Positions 34,174 through 48,044 of a stretch of DNA of 64,000 nt are shown here, piece after piece (position 1 is the stretch's first letter; each line of letters begins with the position of its first letter). The translations under genes were made by a program, and so were the position numbers. Under the pieces are notes generated by a model. The model ran no database searches and was not told the DNA's origin. It saw only the letters and a program-made list of their open reading frames with translations. Origin of the DNA: Puccinia triticina (taxonomy: Eukaryota); the NCBI GenBank assembly GCA_026914245.1, contig CP110439.1:2914001-2978000 (forward strand). The letters run 5' to 3'.

Positions 34174-35453
34174 TTACTCATCCCACAGGTCCTTCTGTCC
34201 CCAGACGTCAGCCACCGCGGCGATGACCATCCAGGCCACCCCTGCTTCTTGCTCGGCCGAACTGTCCTGAGTCAGTTCGAGGGCCGCGTTCGTGATACGG
34301 ATAACGTGTTTGCAGCTCCGAGCGAGTTCGCGCAGCTTGAAGACATCTTCTGAAGTCAAAACGGCATCCAGTACGGCTAGTAGGCCAATCAACCAAGCCC
34401 CATCGGAGGGCGATAGTAGAATGATCTCTTGAGATTCAGGTGCATCTTCAGTATTGCTCTGCAGTTCGGTATCACTGTTGTGTTCGACCATGGTTGCGAG
34501 GGCTTTGATCCGTTCTTGTATCCAAGTTTGATAGTGATTCAGTACTGCGATAACAGTCGCCTAAGGTGGGACGGATTAAATAAGGGGAAAGATAGCACAA
34601 TATCGTCAATATATGTGGAGGGTTTTGTGTTGAGTTGAGAGCCAGTAAAGAACCTGCCTGTTCCAAGGCTTTCAGGAACAATGGTATGGGAACTCTGGGT
34701 GGGTGATCTTTCAGATTCGTCCTCTTGCCCGAAATGAAAATCTTCCAGTTAGATTCGTCATTGTCGGGTGGCGGTCGACGAAAGTCGTCAGCAAGATCCC
34801 AATGCCACGGCTCTTGGGCTTGCAGGCTCTGTTGGAGCAAACCAAGATACCATTAATCCAGTGCGATATATTCAAGCTAGCGACCCACTTACTTGACGCA
34901 TGTTCATAAACCTATCGAGAAATTTCTTTCTCCATGTATCACTTGGACCCGACCGAGAACATTCGACCCGTGCGGGGGGAGGTAGGGAACGGTTGGGTAA
35001 TTTGTACGGATTCTCTTTTGCAACAACCCTGGGTCTAGCTCTAGCTTCGCGTCTGGAAAGAGCGGGCATGTAGGTATGGTTCCGTCGAGTCCGTAGAAGA
35101 AAAGCCAGATGGAAAAGAGAAAACGAAGTCAGTCTTCCCGAGATCTATCGGCCTGCTGTTCCAAGCAAAAGCATCGAAGGAGTCACAAACCGTACAGTAA
35201 AAAGATATTCGGCCCCATCGGTAGGCACTCCATCCCAATCAGCCCTCAGCGTATCCGACACCGGCAGGGCCTGAGAGCCCAATCCGCCCCGAGGCGCTTG
35301 TCCAGCATCACCATCCACATCGAGATCTGCCCGATCTTCAGGCGAGAACTCGATTGTGTAGCCAATCGGGAAATGTTCCTCTTCAGCTCCGTCTTCATCT
35401 TCCTCCTCGTGTTCGTACCCCCATTCGTCGTAATCTTCCTCGACGAGATCCAT
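34174..35453 (-). CDS. GEMIN2: Gemin2/SIP1 (SMN-interacting protein) homologue, multi-exon
   Basis: N-terminal ALPV..DGVPTDGAEYLFTVR|REA and C-terminal WLIGLLAVLD..LRELARSC..VWGQKDL motifs; GT-AG introns. Confidence 0.82.
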
Positions 35454-35592
35454 CGGTTGCTCTTTTGCCCGAGATGTGGCTGGTTTGTAGATGCGTCGTT
35501 GGCCATGTCCTTTCAGGGGAATTTATTGAGACGATAGTCTGCCTAGAACGATGGGAGTATATCTCAAAAAGTGTGGGACACAGCTACACCTA

Positions 35593-35681
35593 GGGGCTCT
35601 AGCTCATATGGTAGAGCGTTCGCTTCGCATGGTTGCGATTGGATCTGCGAGAGGCACAGGGTTCGATTCCCTGGTGCTCCA
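35593..35681 (+). tRNA. tRNA-Ala(CGC) with 16-nt intron (35630-35645)
   Basis: Cloverleaf, G3:U70 pair, anticodon CGC at 35626-35628, GTTCGATTC T-loop, T6 terminator. Confidence 0.95.
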
Positions 35682-35709
35682 CTTTTTTAGACGTTGGTGG
35701 ACGCTCAGT

Positions 35710-36112
35710 GGAACTTCCCGTCAAGTCTGGGAGCCTCCCAGATCTCAATTTACACACCCATACTCTTAATTTTTGGTAAAAGGGAAAATGTTTTCCTAAC
35801 CCTACAGCTCATGACTTTCATGCGCACTGATTTTTAATTTAGTACATGTCTTAATTTAGGAGTTATTGGGGCATCTAGAGCTCTCTGAATGCCGACGGGA
35901 AGTCCTCCAGTGGATGACTTCCCGTCGTTGTTTAGAGAGCTCTAGATGCCCCTCTAAATCCTAAATTAAGACAGCTATCAAAAACTCAGCCAGTGTACAT
36001 GAAGTTAATGAACTGTAGGGTTAGGAAAACATTTTCCTTTTTGTCAAGAATTAAGAATTTGGGTTTGTAAATTGAGATCTGGGAGGCTCCCAGACTCGAC
36101 GGGAAGTCCTCC
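35710..36112. mobile_element. Two ~200-bp MITEs in inverted tandem (35710-35908, 35912-36112)
   Basis: Each has GGA(GG)ACTTCCCGTC-type TIRs; AGT lies left of, between and right of the copies. Confidence 0.88.
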
Positions 36113-37009
36113 AGTTAGCTGCGAAATCATGATAGGCTCTACATTTTGGCAGAAGATGGCTTCCAAAATACTTTCGATTAGGACCCTCCATCAAATTCAA
36201 GACACCGCAAGATCACGCGCGATGTTCACATTTAATCTATGGATATTTTGAGATATGTATGGACTGTGGGGGCTCGGATTGCAAACTATTACACTTTAGA
36301 AAAATATAAGAATTCCGTCATCCCAGCAACTAAGTATATGATCGAAAGAAAAGGATAGAACCAGAACGAGCAAGAGAAATTCGAAAGAGAACACCAATCA
36401 TTAAAAACCACGCGTCATTGGTTTTTTTGCCTTCGTGTTCCGTTACAAGTGCACGTTGAAACCAGTTCATACTCTTTATTCGAAAAAAGGAGACGGTTTC
36501 TATCATGTCTAGTATGGGAAGGCAAACAAACAAACAACATGCGATTTTGTTTGGATCGGGCTCTCGTATCGAATCTTCTCGTCGTCTAGTTTCCTTTTCC
36601 GATCTACTATTTTGCTATACGATTGGTCAGGTTACTTTTTCTTATGGTTAAATTTTTCGTCATCGCCCAGAGAAATTGAGATCGCGATAGAGAACGATCA
36701 AAATAATAATGTGTGCTTAGTTTTTATGACAGATCTGTTGAATGAAGCAGAGTCTATCGTGCAAAAAATTAAGCAGCTTGCTCATTGGCCGAAATGGTGA
36801 GTCGGCGTATCGGAATCTATCAAAAAACGGTGATTTAGCATGATGAAGTAGAAAAATGATGCTGGAGATCTGGGCAGTAGTCGAGTGACAGAAGAGAAGA
36901 CGGGGCGCTGGTGTCTGTGATCAGTACGACATTGCTCGGGAGCCTCGCCTGAGGGGGAAAAAGAACATCGGATTTGAATTGATCACATTGAATATACATC
37001 TTGTAATGA

Positions 37010-37795
37010 TTAGGGAGGAGGCATGTTAGTTTTAGGGTTGTAGAACAAAGTCTAATCATCACAACACCCGACAATGTCAGCCAATCACAGTCAGAAGCAC
37101 TGGAAATAACACAGGAACTACGCACGTAATTCCCCCAGGGAAAACTCTTGTTACGGATGTTCAAGTAATCGTAATTGATTCTTTCGGGAAGTTCACCGCC
37201 GTTTTCCTCCTTGATGTGCTCACTTGTGAAGAATATCAATAGTTCACGCCAAGCCCATTTAGTTGTTCGGAATTACTGGACACACGGTGGGCGATAAATA
37301 CTCACAGATGATGTTCGTGTTCCTTAGCCAGATTGTAGGCATTCACAAGGGCCAGAACGATCGACGGAAAAGCAACATAGTAACTGGTGATTGATCGGCG
37401 TTGAAGAAAATGATGTCAGTACATCAGCTGATTCGAATACATAGCTCGGTGGACATTGGGTGACAAACGTGATCTTCCTCCAAAGCTCCGAGGAACCGGC
37501 GGCGTGGCTCTTGATAGCCTCTCGTTCTTTCACAAACGCCTCACCGAGTGCATCGCCGCCGGCACTGTTTGATTCATTTTTTTAATAAACACAGCCAAGA
37601 TCATGAATTGGTCAGCTTATTCATTGGATCGATAGACAGTTTTATCCTGTATCGACGTTGCTAGCTTGAGGTATCGAGACCGATCTATAAAGTCGGAGAG
37701 GATGAGACGATGGGACTGGCTTACGTGGCATAGGTTTTGCGCTGAGCGGATCGAGCGAGAAGGGTCCGAAGGCCAGGTCTGAGGGTTTGAAGCAT
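37010..37795 (-). CDS. COX13: Cytochrome c oxidase subunit VIa
   Basis: Presequence MLQTLRPGLR; HAAGSSELWRKITF, a TM exon, YDYLNIRNKSFPWG, TLFYNPK; multi-exon. Confidence 0.92.
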
Positions 37796-38893
37796 GTTGT
37801 TGATGACGGTGATGTTGATGACGAGTGGTGTGGTTGATTCTGGGTGGAGGTGTGGGGCGGTGCGGGTGGCCGAGGGGGAATGGAGAAGAGCGGAGAGACA
37901 CCTCGACCTGGTATAAACATATGCCTAACACCCGCACTCGATACTAGGCTACACCATCAACCCCCCTGCCCCACTCTCGGCTTGAAACAGCTTGAAACCA
38001 TGAGACATAAATATACATGTGAGATGCAACAAAATGACCAATATGAATCAGTGCACTTGCTTGATTATATGTCAACCGTAGGCCCTGCTGCTACTTGGAA
38101 TCTTCAAAAAGGGGTGTATTATCAAACACTGAAACTGGGATCGAATTGTGGTTGGTGTCAATCAAGCATCCATGGCATTTCCAATACGGTTTTCTGAGAT
38201 AGTTGTGACATTGTGTTGACCACTGATGGGAAGTGAGCTGGATTCAGAGGGCACTTGGGTAGCCTGGGCTGGCACGAAGCAACCCTTGTTCAAAGTGTGA
38301 GCCAGAGCCTCCAAAGGAAGGACTTGGGAATGATGTCAACATTTTGGCCTGAGCTTGGGGTGTTTTGGCCGGGAAAACTTTGCCCTCACATTTACCTAAC
38401 CTTCCTGGAGCAAAACTGTTAGCAAAAAAAAACTTGCAAAAAGGCCCAATTTTTTTTCTATCTTTCTGTGCTAGACCAATCACCAGGGGTTGTATACTTC
38501 AACTTCAATAATTTATTGTGATTTCCATTTTCCTGTTTTTGTACTGCCTGAGTAGCTGTATGGATCTGTGGCTGCTCTGGCCCCAGTGCCAATTGAACAA
38601 GGTGCCTCCAAGAGAGACTCTCACTCACATCCCAACCTAGCCGGAGAGATGTGCAAGCAGTGATCTCTACCAGCTGGGAAGTGGAAGGGAGTTCGGGCTA
38701 AATAGTTAGATAAAGATAGATTTGTGAGACTCTTTGTGAAACCCCACAAGGTTTGGGGGTTTACAGATGGCAAATAAGGCTTGAGGCTAGAATTTAAAGA
38801 TGGCACTTTCACACATGTTGGCAGGTACCTACCACCCTTCAGCAGGTATCTGTGTGCTCTTACAGGGACCCGTGGGGGGGGGGGGTCATGTAG

Positions 38894-39096
38894 GGTGTTC
38901 AAAGTTGCCTTGCATAAAATCATAACACCATAAAATCATAAAATTCTAAGCTGAAGAAAATATGTTCCACCCAAGCACTCAAATTAGAGCAATATTTCTA
39001 GAATGGCACATATGAAATCATCACTTGAAAGTTCTATGATTTTATGATTTTATGATTTTATGTATTGAAAATTTTATGATTTCAACTTTGAACACC
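38894..39096. mobile_element. ~200-bp MITE inside an older inverted-repeat element (~38818-39193)
   Basis: TIRs GGTGTTCAAAGTTG / CAACTTTGAACACC, internal aaaatcat repeats; second copy at 61927-63195. Confidence 0.75.
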
Positions 39097-39540
39097 ATAA
39101 TTGTACTAAAAATCATAGAATTATCTCCACACCAGCCATGGTTACCTGCATGGGCATGCAGATACCTGCTGAAAGGTGCCGGGTACCTGCCAATGGGTGC
39201 AATAGTGCCATTTATAGGGTAAATAAAATCCCAGAGCCTTCTCCCATAAGATGGTGTGGAAGTACATTTAAGGAAACACAAAGTTTAGAATTCATATTCT
39301 AAGCCAGAGTAACCTCATTTCCCTAACACCTGTGTTCTAAGGGGCTAAAACTGTGCCCCATGGCACAGGAGGCTGATAGAGCAAATACCCCTGTGAAGGT
39401 CTCTGGCAACACTGGGGAGCTGTATTACTTGTAATGGCAGGGTAACAATAATATAATGTTTTCTCATCATTATCATTGTCTTCATCATTAATTCTACTTG
39501 ATTATATCATCATTATCAGATCTGTTTTCTTTCATTTCTG

Positions 39541-40719
39541 TGTAGGAGACTGTGAGATAGAGATGATTCTGAACTGAAAAAGGAGAAGAGGGTGATATCT
39601 AAAAATACCCAGTTATTGTATTCTTTCTTGATAAAGGATGCAACAAAGGATGACAGGCTTGGTAATGAAAAAACTAAGGGTAAAAAGGGAAGGAGAGAGC
39701 ACTCCTCTTGGAAATGGGTCTCCCACAGAACTACTGTAACTGAGACTATCTAGGGTCTAAACTGGAGGAATTTCCATTGTGGTGATCAATTCTGGCACAC
39801 ATGTCAAATTGACCATGGAGCAATCATTGCAGAGTACAGACAACACAGAACAGAGCGGAGTGGTGTGCACAACTGAAGGTGTTAAGGTGTTGGTGTGCGG
39901 AGCTCAACAGTGGAACTGTAAAACTGAGCAGGCCAGTGCAGACTGGCTAGCAGAGGTGGTGATTGGGGGAAGCAGTGGCAGCCAAAGCGGGCTATTTCAG
40001 TGGGTGTAGCTGGGGCAGAGGTGGCGTGTGGGATCCTGACATCATAGGCTAGACAGGGGCATGGAAGCTAGAGAGAGGATTTTGACAGCGGGCAAAGGCA
40101 AGCAGCGAAGACAACAGGGGTGAGTGTGAGAGCAGAGCTTGGCGGATGACATGCGTGTGTGTGCATAGCGCTTGGCAGATGACAAGTGTGTGTGTGTGAA
40201 TGGAGTTGGCAGATGGCGTGTGTGGGAGGCAGGCGGAGGATATCTTTTAGTTCTCTTTCTTTTCTCTATAAAACCACGGTGGGGGAGGGAGGATTCTGCC
40301 TCATAATTCCCACAGACTCTCTTTTTACGGTTTTTACTTTACTTTGCAGACTGTTGTGCTTCTTTTACTTTGTGTATGTTGCAGAGTGGAGTTTTATGTT
40401 GCGAACTTGCTTTATGTGTTACAGTTGTGCTTTGCGGAGTTTTATGCTTGCTTTACAGCTGTTTCCTTGCGTTTTTGCGGAGTTTTGTGGTGGAGTTATC
40501 TTCTTTATGTGGCGGAGCTTTATTTTACGGTTTACTTTTGTGAAGCTTTATTATTTATGTGCTTTACTTTATTTACCCCGCTCAGAGCCCTACAACATTG
40601 GCAGATCTGCGGAGCAGAGTTCTCTGAATCACCCAACTTTCTCCGGGATAATCTTGCAGAGGAGTGGTGTGGACACTTTAGTGAGGGTACCACTCTCTTC
40701 CACTACACTGTTTCCTACA
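39541..40719 (+). mobile_element. Probable solo LTR without TSD
   Basis: TGTAGGA...TCCTACA ends, TATAAAA ~40267, T-rich tract; directly abuts a truncated MITE. Confidence 0.55.
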
Positions 40720-40720
40720 T

Positions 40721-40845
40721 GGCTTGATTTACAGGGGTCCGCTAAACCTTGTTGGGGGGTAAAAACACAATCTCAATCAATTTTCACCAGGCAGTAAATC
40801 TTAGCCTGTCCCTCTAGATTAAGCAATTTAGCCCATGGGAAGTCC
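40721..40845 (-). mobile_element. Truncated inverted copy of the 1386-1536 MITE
   Basis: ttagcctgtccctctagattaagcaatttagcc..gggaagtcc is the reverse complement of 1389-1433. Confidence 0.85.
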
Positions 40846-41466
40846 TTGACTATATGCAGAAGCTTATATTTTAGACTTGGGGAGAAATAAATTTCTTTGG
40901 ATTCAAACTCAAAGGGTGTTTAGTTCTTGTGTCAGCCCATCACACATGTGTCTGAGGAGTCAAGGGCTGACAATTTTGTCACTTGAAGCAAGCCTAAATT
41001 CAAGAAAAGTTTTCTGGTTTTGTTTTTATGGATTTGCGTTAATTTCAAGATTGAATTCTGCCTGAAATATCATGAGACTTGCATGAGCCCTCATGTCTCT
41101 TTGCAGCTTGTAAACTGTCCAGTACTTGGACAACCCCTCCCTGTGCCTTTGTTGTGTGGTGTAGTGCAGCTGCTGATAACGGTGTAGAGCAGTATTCAGA
41201 TTGTCTTAGCCTTCTTCCTTCTATATTTTTATTTGATGGGTCACCACGGGAGAGGTTTGACATAGATTTGCAGTTGTATTGTGTGTTGATTATATTGATG
41301 AGTGTATGCATGTATGTGTATAAATGGATGTATAAATGTTTCTTTTTCTCTGCTGACTGAGTGGAGGTTTAATAATAATTAAGAAAATGTTGCACTTGGT
41401 TGAAATTTTAAACAGTCGGTCAGCGATACATCCAGTGTCCATCTGTACTGATCCTTCTTCATCTTA

Positions 41467-43421
41467 TTATCCCGACATCTTTGTACACCCTAAAGACGTG
41501 TTTTTTTGTTCATCGCAATTAAGATATGGACAGTCAGTCAATCCCATTTAAGCGAAACAATAACAAATAAATCGGGTGAACATACACCATTGACTGATTG
41601 CTTCGTTGGCCACTAACGTAATGATGGTATGCTACAAATCAAGGAGATTTCGTTGCCCCCCAAAGAATGGTTCAACAAATAAGCAACGGATCAGATTAAA
41701 AACCAACAGGAAATTGAAGAACTTTTTGGAGAATTAATGTTCAGGGAAAGAAGGCTTACCGGTGCAATCCTAAAGAAATGGGCTGTTGATCCTTTGTAGC
41801 TATACAGGCCAACAATTCAGAAAAAAAAAAAAACAGTTAGAATGAGATTAGATTCAAGCGCGATCGAGTTGGTTTGATGATTGGCGATAGAATCCAGGTT
41901 GATAGATCAAAACTGATGAAAATTTATTAAATGACACATAAGCTCTTACAGGCCAGTAAAGCCTTCGATTTGAACAGTCTTCCATAGACAGTCCACTGGA
42001 TTCTTGTATAATCTTTTCCCAGGTTGGTTTGACTGGTTGTACATCCTTGTTAATGCAGTGTCTATGGTCACAGAATCAGAAAGTGTTTTGGAAAAGAGGA
42101 TGTTAATCAAGGGTTTTATATGGGAAGGTGTAGGATGAGATATTGGAGAGCGGAAGATGAGTGAGATGAGGAATGAATGGATGATGACCTGCTGGTTGCA
42201 TAGCGGTTAAGACACAAAGCCCACTGAACGAGCTGGAAGCGATATAAAGCCAGAACGAGTCGGGTGAGAAGTAAGGAGCTAGATTAGTCTTAGCGTAGTT
42301 GTAAGCGGGGAGTTGGACGGAGCTGCCCATGGCGGTCCTCATCATCGCGGCATCAACGCCTCGCATGAGGCCCTTAAAGCCCTCAGCTTTGAATATTTGG
42401 TGGAGTCCGTCTATCGCCGATTTGTATGCATGCTGAGTAGGGTGAGGCGAAAGGCTCGGCTTGATCGAATGGTTGACTGTGGGAGCCTTGAAGCTCGCCG
42501 TGAGCTTCACTGCCGATTGATCGCGTACTGATGAATATGCCTGTAGACGAGCCTTGACCAGAAACAACGGATTTCCAAGGATCGCGCCGATCACTCCCGA
42601 TAGTGCACCAGCTGAGACGGATGACCATAGTTGAACCTTTGAGGGATCCTGGCCAGAAAGCGATCCGATCGACCGTCGCAGTGGTTCATAAAAGCCTAAG
42701 TATTTGATGTTTGTTTTGGAGGAGGAAGAGATGAGCATGACTTATATCAGATCTCTGAGTCCTTCATGAGCAAAACCGGCGTGTGAATTGATATGTTAGA
42801 AAAATCAAAATTAAACCAACTGCACCTAAGCGTGATCCGTTTAAAGCGAACTGGTATGTGTACTGGACCGAGAGAATATATGGTGAGCGAACATGGAAAT
42901 ATATATCAACAGTCCACGGATAGAAATGTATCAGTATGGAGCAACCAGCTCGATCAAAGCGTATGGGGAGCTTACAGCAGCACCCAGACCTTTCTGACAT
43001 GCCCGGAGCCCTTCCGTCTTGGCCGTTTTCCTCAAGACATCGAGTGTGTTGGTATACGCTTTTGGACTGCCCTTCGATCTCAATTCCCCGTCAAGTTGTA
43101 ATCGAGTCTTGGCTACTTCCATGGGATTCGTAAACTGAGATGACAAGCCAATCGAAGAATAAGAAGAAAAACATGATCAGAGGGAGAAAATCAAGCGTCG
43201 TCATGTCTACACGTAGGATATCATTACTGATCGGAGCCTTCTTTTTTGCAGTTGAGAATGCGAATGGCAAAACAGTTAAAGGAAACGACTGATGGAGGAT
43301 ACTGCGTGTAGCAAAAGACAGGGGAAATGAGTGACTGAACTGTTACGGCCACGCAAGCTCCGAGAGCTCCAGAGACGAAACCTTCGACGGTCGACAGCTT
43401 ATGAGGCGAGCTTGAGGACAT
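41467..43421 (-). CDS. OAC1: Mitochondrial oxaloacetate carrier (SLC25A34/35 family), ~8 exons
   Basis: Three carrier motifs NPMEVAKTRLQ, NPLFLVKARLQ, QPA|DTALTRMY; YQFALNGSRLG; AHFLRIAP|HT. Last exon approximate. Confidence 0.9.
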
Positions 43422-44569
43422 GGCTTGGTTGGAAGGATTGTTCGGGGGAGGTTCGCTTGAGACTGTAAGGCTATGGTATGTAGCTGGCGTTATCGTTGGG
43501 GCTCGTTGGGTCGTTGCAGGGCGACTGGGATTGAGGAAGAAGCCAAACAAGCGGAGGGAGGTGGACAAACATCACAAGCTTCATCATCATCGGGCTAGTC
43601 GATCTCTCGGCGATCTTCTCACCCAACAAGCCCATCAGCAACAGCACCTCGATGATATCCGAGAGTGTATCAATATGCACTTTATTTTTAATTGATCATC
43701 GTCGATACCCTTGCCGTCTGCCCCAATGCTTAGGGTCCAAAAACATATTTCAACTTTGTATTGTAGTCTCAAAAGCACATTCTTATCATCGCCAGAGGGC
43801 GTCACTTTGCTCATGGGGGTCAGCCTCCAAGGCCGCCGCCGTTCCTAGTACTACTCCCCGACAGATAAACGGGACATGCCATGACTTGAGCGCACGGAAT
43901 CCTTCGCAGACATCACTACAAAGCCAAGCTAGCGCTTGAAACAACGGCCTTTCTCCCCCTGGGCCGAACGGCTGCAGCGTTGCGCCGACCGAGGACGCTC
44001 CGTTCGGGAGGCTTTGATTGATTGAGAGCTAGAGTAAGCCGAGAGAGTTGCTGCAGGATATAACCCCAGGAGCCTAGCAAGGGCATTTTTATCTTCACAA
44101 GACATGCGGCCCAGATGGCTGTTCATTGGAACAAGGAGCTGATGATTCCAGTTCGTTTGTACGTCTCAGAAGAGCAAATGGTCACTTCAAGGGTTAACCT
44201 AGAGCTACCAGAACCACAATGTACCACAATCCCCCGCAGTTTGCAGCGAAATACAACATCCACCACAAAAATATGTATTTACGTAGATAATACCATTTCT
44301 AAGGGAATTGTCGTTTGATGCGAAAACAAACACACTTAACGGTATGCAACAGTAGTTTGGACAAGCCGGTCTGAGCAGTGGGTTTTGTCGAGCCGATCTT
44401 GCAGTCTGGACGTGAAGCCCAGCTCCGGTCGGACAGAACCTGCCTGCAATCTGAAGGCCGGATTTGCCATCTCAAGTTTGTCGGTTTTTGTAAGGAAATA
44501 TTGCATCTGGATTCGGAAAAGGTATAGATAAATCAGGGGTAAGTGGCAGATCAAGTGCTACTCCAATGC

Positions 44570-46961
44570 CATGAGTACATGCAAATCAATCTGAACATTT
44601 TGAAATTTGAAGTGAGGGGACTGTTGATCAACACACTTTTCTCTTTCTGCACTTTGTCGTATCATAAACCTATTTTGAGGTTTCTTTGAGAATCCTAACA
44701 ATGATATGAGGATTGGGTGAAGAGAAAGAAGACAAAGAAAATTAAAAAAACAATCAGAAAGAGAGAATTGGTGGCACCAGCTATGCAGTGACAAAGGGGA
44801 AGGGCATGGCCAAATGCATGCATGTATGTGTGTATATACACACCCAGTGAAAATGAGAATTGAGATTGGTAATGAAGAACCAAGAGGATTCATCCTAGAA
44901 TTTCAAAAAAATTATACTGCAGTTAAAAACTTGTGCCACTAATTTTTCTTCACTTCTTTTCCCAGACTTGGTATCAGATGTGATACTGAACAACCCAAAA
45001 TGAGAAATACAATTTTCTCAATCCATCCTGTCATCCCAGGTTCTTCTTTCATTTCTTTCAGAATTCTTCGTGAATAGTTTGATTTAATATCTGTGATATC
45101 TGAATGATGACTGGGTTGATTTTGAGCATGGAGGATGTCACTGATGAACTGAATTTTCTTTTCAAGAGATTGTAGATCAATCTCTTTTGGTTTGAAATTG
45201 GTTACAATTGGCTTATAAAAATAGTTCATGAAATGAAGAATTGCATGACCAGTTATTAATTTGGATCTTTTTTTGGGAAGGTATTTTGCAGTTGGATGGG
45301 GTGGGTTCAAGATAACTTGGATGGCATTGTTTACTAAAGAAGATATATTGTTATCCTGTGATTCCTGCTTGTTATCCACTAACTTCCTATAAAGAGCTTC
45401 CAAATCCTTGAGAAAATCCTTATGAAAGAATTTCCTAAGCTGATCAGATTTTGAAATTTTATTGATGGCGTGAATGAAGTCATAGACAGCCTGCTTCTGA
45501 TTTTCATAAGGAAGTTCTGGGTTAATTCATTGGAAAGTGATTGATATTCATCACCCAAAAAATATGAGGAAAGAATATTCAAAAGTAAGTTCTTACTTTT
45601 TGAAAGAAAGGAGAATTTACACTCAGTGCATTCAAAAACCAAACATACCTATGATAGCTCTGTGGAGGAATCGCACTGACATGTTAGTTGTTAAAAACTC
45701 TAGTGTAGGGATAAAACAAATTTCATCTGTTTTAGACTGCTTCCATCCAATGTAGCACTGGACCACTGAAGAAAGACTTTTAGCTTGTGAAGTGCGGATA
45801 TCTTCAATGAATTTTGGTGGCATCAATTTGTGATTGATGATATAATCATGCAGCAGAAACCAGGTTTCTACCATTTCCAATTTGAACTGGGCTGTTAGTT
45901 GTTCTGGGCTGTTATACAAATAAACCTTGAATTTATTTGAAAAAAATCTCCAATTGACTTGAACCCATGGGGCTAATATAAGATCATGTTTTATTTTGGA
46001 AAGTAGCACATTTGGCAATTGAATACATTCACCTTTAGCTTCAGCTTTCTTGAAAGTCCCATTGTGATGCCTCTTTTTTCCGGTCATATTCCCCACAATT
46101 CTTTTTCCTATTGAAATTTCTTCATTCTTATGGTACTTTTTGGTTTTTGAAAGAAGAACTGAATTTGCCATTTGTAAATTTTGAGTCTGGATTTCCTTTC
46201 CCAAATTTTTTCCAGAATTTTGAGCTTTTGGTTCTGGAACCAGAATTTTACTGCTGTGCATTGTTTGGCCTTCTGAGCAGCGTGAGACAGAGAGAGCCTC
46301 AACTGAACCTCCATACAGCTCATATATTCTAGCTTGAGTCAGTTTTTTAAAAATCTCATCCAAATCAAGAGCAAGATCCTGACCACTAAAAGATCGAGGT
46401 CCAAATTTAACTTTAAGTTGAATTTGAACTCGAGCCCCAACAACACCTTGGGTTTGAGGTTTACATTGAACTGGTGGTTGATATTGGGCTTGAACCTTTA
46501 GTGATTTGATCCGCTTGGCAATCTGCCTTCCATCTCTTTGCATCAATTCGAGTTCCTCTGCAAAAAAAGAACAAATTTCAGCATAATGCTGTAATCAAGT
46601 GACTGGATTCTAGAAAAATCTTGTGCAGTGACAAATGTACCTTTGTTTTGCAGAATGGTGGATCTCAATCTTGCAAGATCATCAGGTTTTGGTTTCTTTA
46701 AGTTACTATTTCCTCTAAAAATAGACTGTACATCTTGGCCAGTATGTCTCTGACTGATTGATCCTTCCACAGGACAAGCTACCAAGTAAGAAGAAGGATA
46801 GAGTTGATTCAAGCATGGAAAAGATGTGAAATAGACAGAAAAGGAAAGAAGTACATACTAATAGGCCTGCTTACTATTGATTCAACTGGGCTACTCAGTG
46901 CCAATTGAGTGAATCTTAAGGTATACAGAGCAAGGAAAATGAGCATCTGCAAAGAGCTCAT
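44570..46961 (-). pseudogene. Lineage-specific secreted-protein-like gene, probably degenerate
   Basis: Signal-peptide-like MSSLQMLIFLALYTLRFTQLALS followed by consecutive minus-strand ORFs in shifting frames; CpG-poor. Confidence 0.5.
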
Positions 46962-48044
46962 TATATTGGTCAAGGTTGAAATACTTGCGCTAGGTGTGAG
47001 ATTGTAATTTTTAACCCTATGGAAAAGATGAATATTTTCACAGAAAAATTTATGGTATGTCTCTACCAGGTAGGGTTTTAATGAGTGCGGACACCAAATA
47101 TGAATGTGAGAAGTTTCTTGTTCTGAAAGACTGGTCAAACAGTGTTTATGAAGACCAAACATCAGCAACAAAAACCTTGCTTGTCTGAGCGGGAGTCGTG
47201 AAACATTGTGTATGAACACCAAACATCAGTTGTAAAAAAGCATGGGCCCATGGGTTTAGAGCAAGTGGTGAGATCTTGCGAGGAATCTCCCTCAATTGAA
47301 ATGGGGGTTTACTTGCTGCTGATTGTGAAATGAGCAGTCAAACCTCATTTGATTGGCCTTCACATATTCTCAGAGAATGGTTTGGTTTAGTGGGAAGCTC
47401 TGCTTTGCAAGCACACCAAAAGTGATGGGGGTGGCTTCAGGTATCCTGGTGGTGTCCAACATAGCCAGCAATTATTAAAAGTCTTGCAACACCTACATCA
47501 TAAGTTTTGTTTGCAATGAAAATTATGGGGTTTCAAAGTTTGCCAGGTGCAGCTTGTGCACTTTTGCAAGTTGGCATTCAAGCCAGATCTTGAACATGGA
47601 GTTGCAAAAGTGCATGCAAGCCAGTACTTTGCCCCGCAAACCTTCTTGAATGTTTCTCTGAAAGTTGGTGCTCAAGAAAAGCCTTGAACACCAACTTGCA
47701 AAAGTGCATGCAAGTTGGACCTGGCTAACTTTGAATTTATTAGTCCAAGTTCAAACAGGCTGAAAATTGAAGAAAGTCAATAGACCAGTAACACCTCACA
47801 CTGTCGAGTGGTTTTCGCGCTTGAGCTGAATGTCTTTGGCATTCATCGTGAAAGCTCTTTCGTCATGTCCGGTGAGAACAAGACCTAACTCAGTTTTCCC
47901 CGTTCGCGTATTGAATGGTTTACATGATTGAAAAGAATGGTCTGGCTTTTTTTCTATTAGAGTACTATGAGCCGGTCAACCAGAGGGTTGCACTTAGGGT
48001 TTGGGGAGTAGGGCGGGATATGTAGCAGACGTGAAATCTAGTCA

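Noticed and set aside
47550..47720. Short inverted repeats tgcacttttgcaagttgg / ccaacttgcaaaagtgca
   Set aside because: Probably a decayed MITE, but ends and TSD could not be defined.
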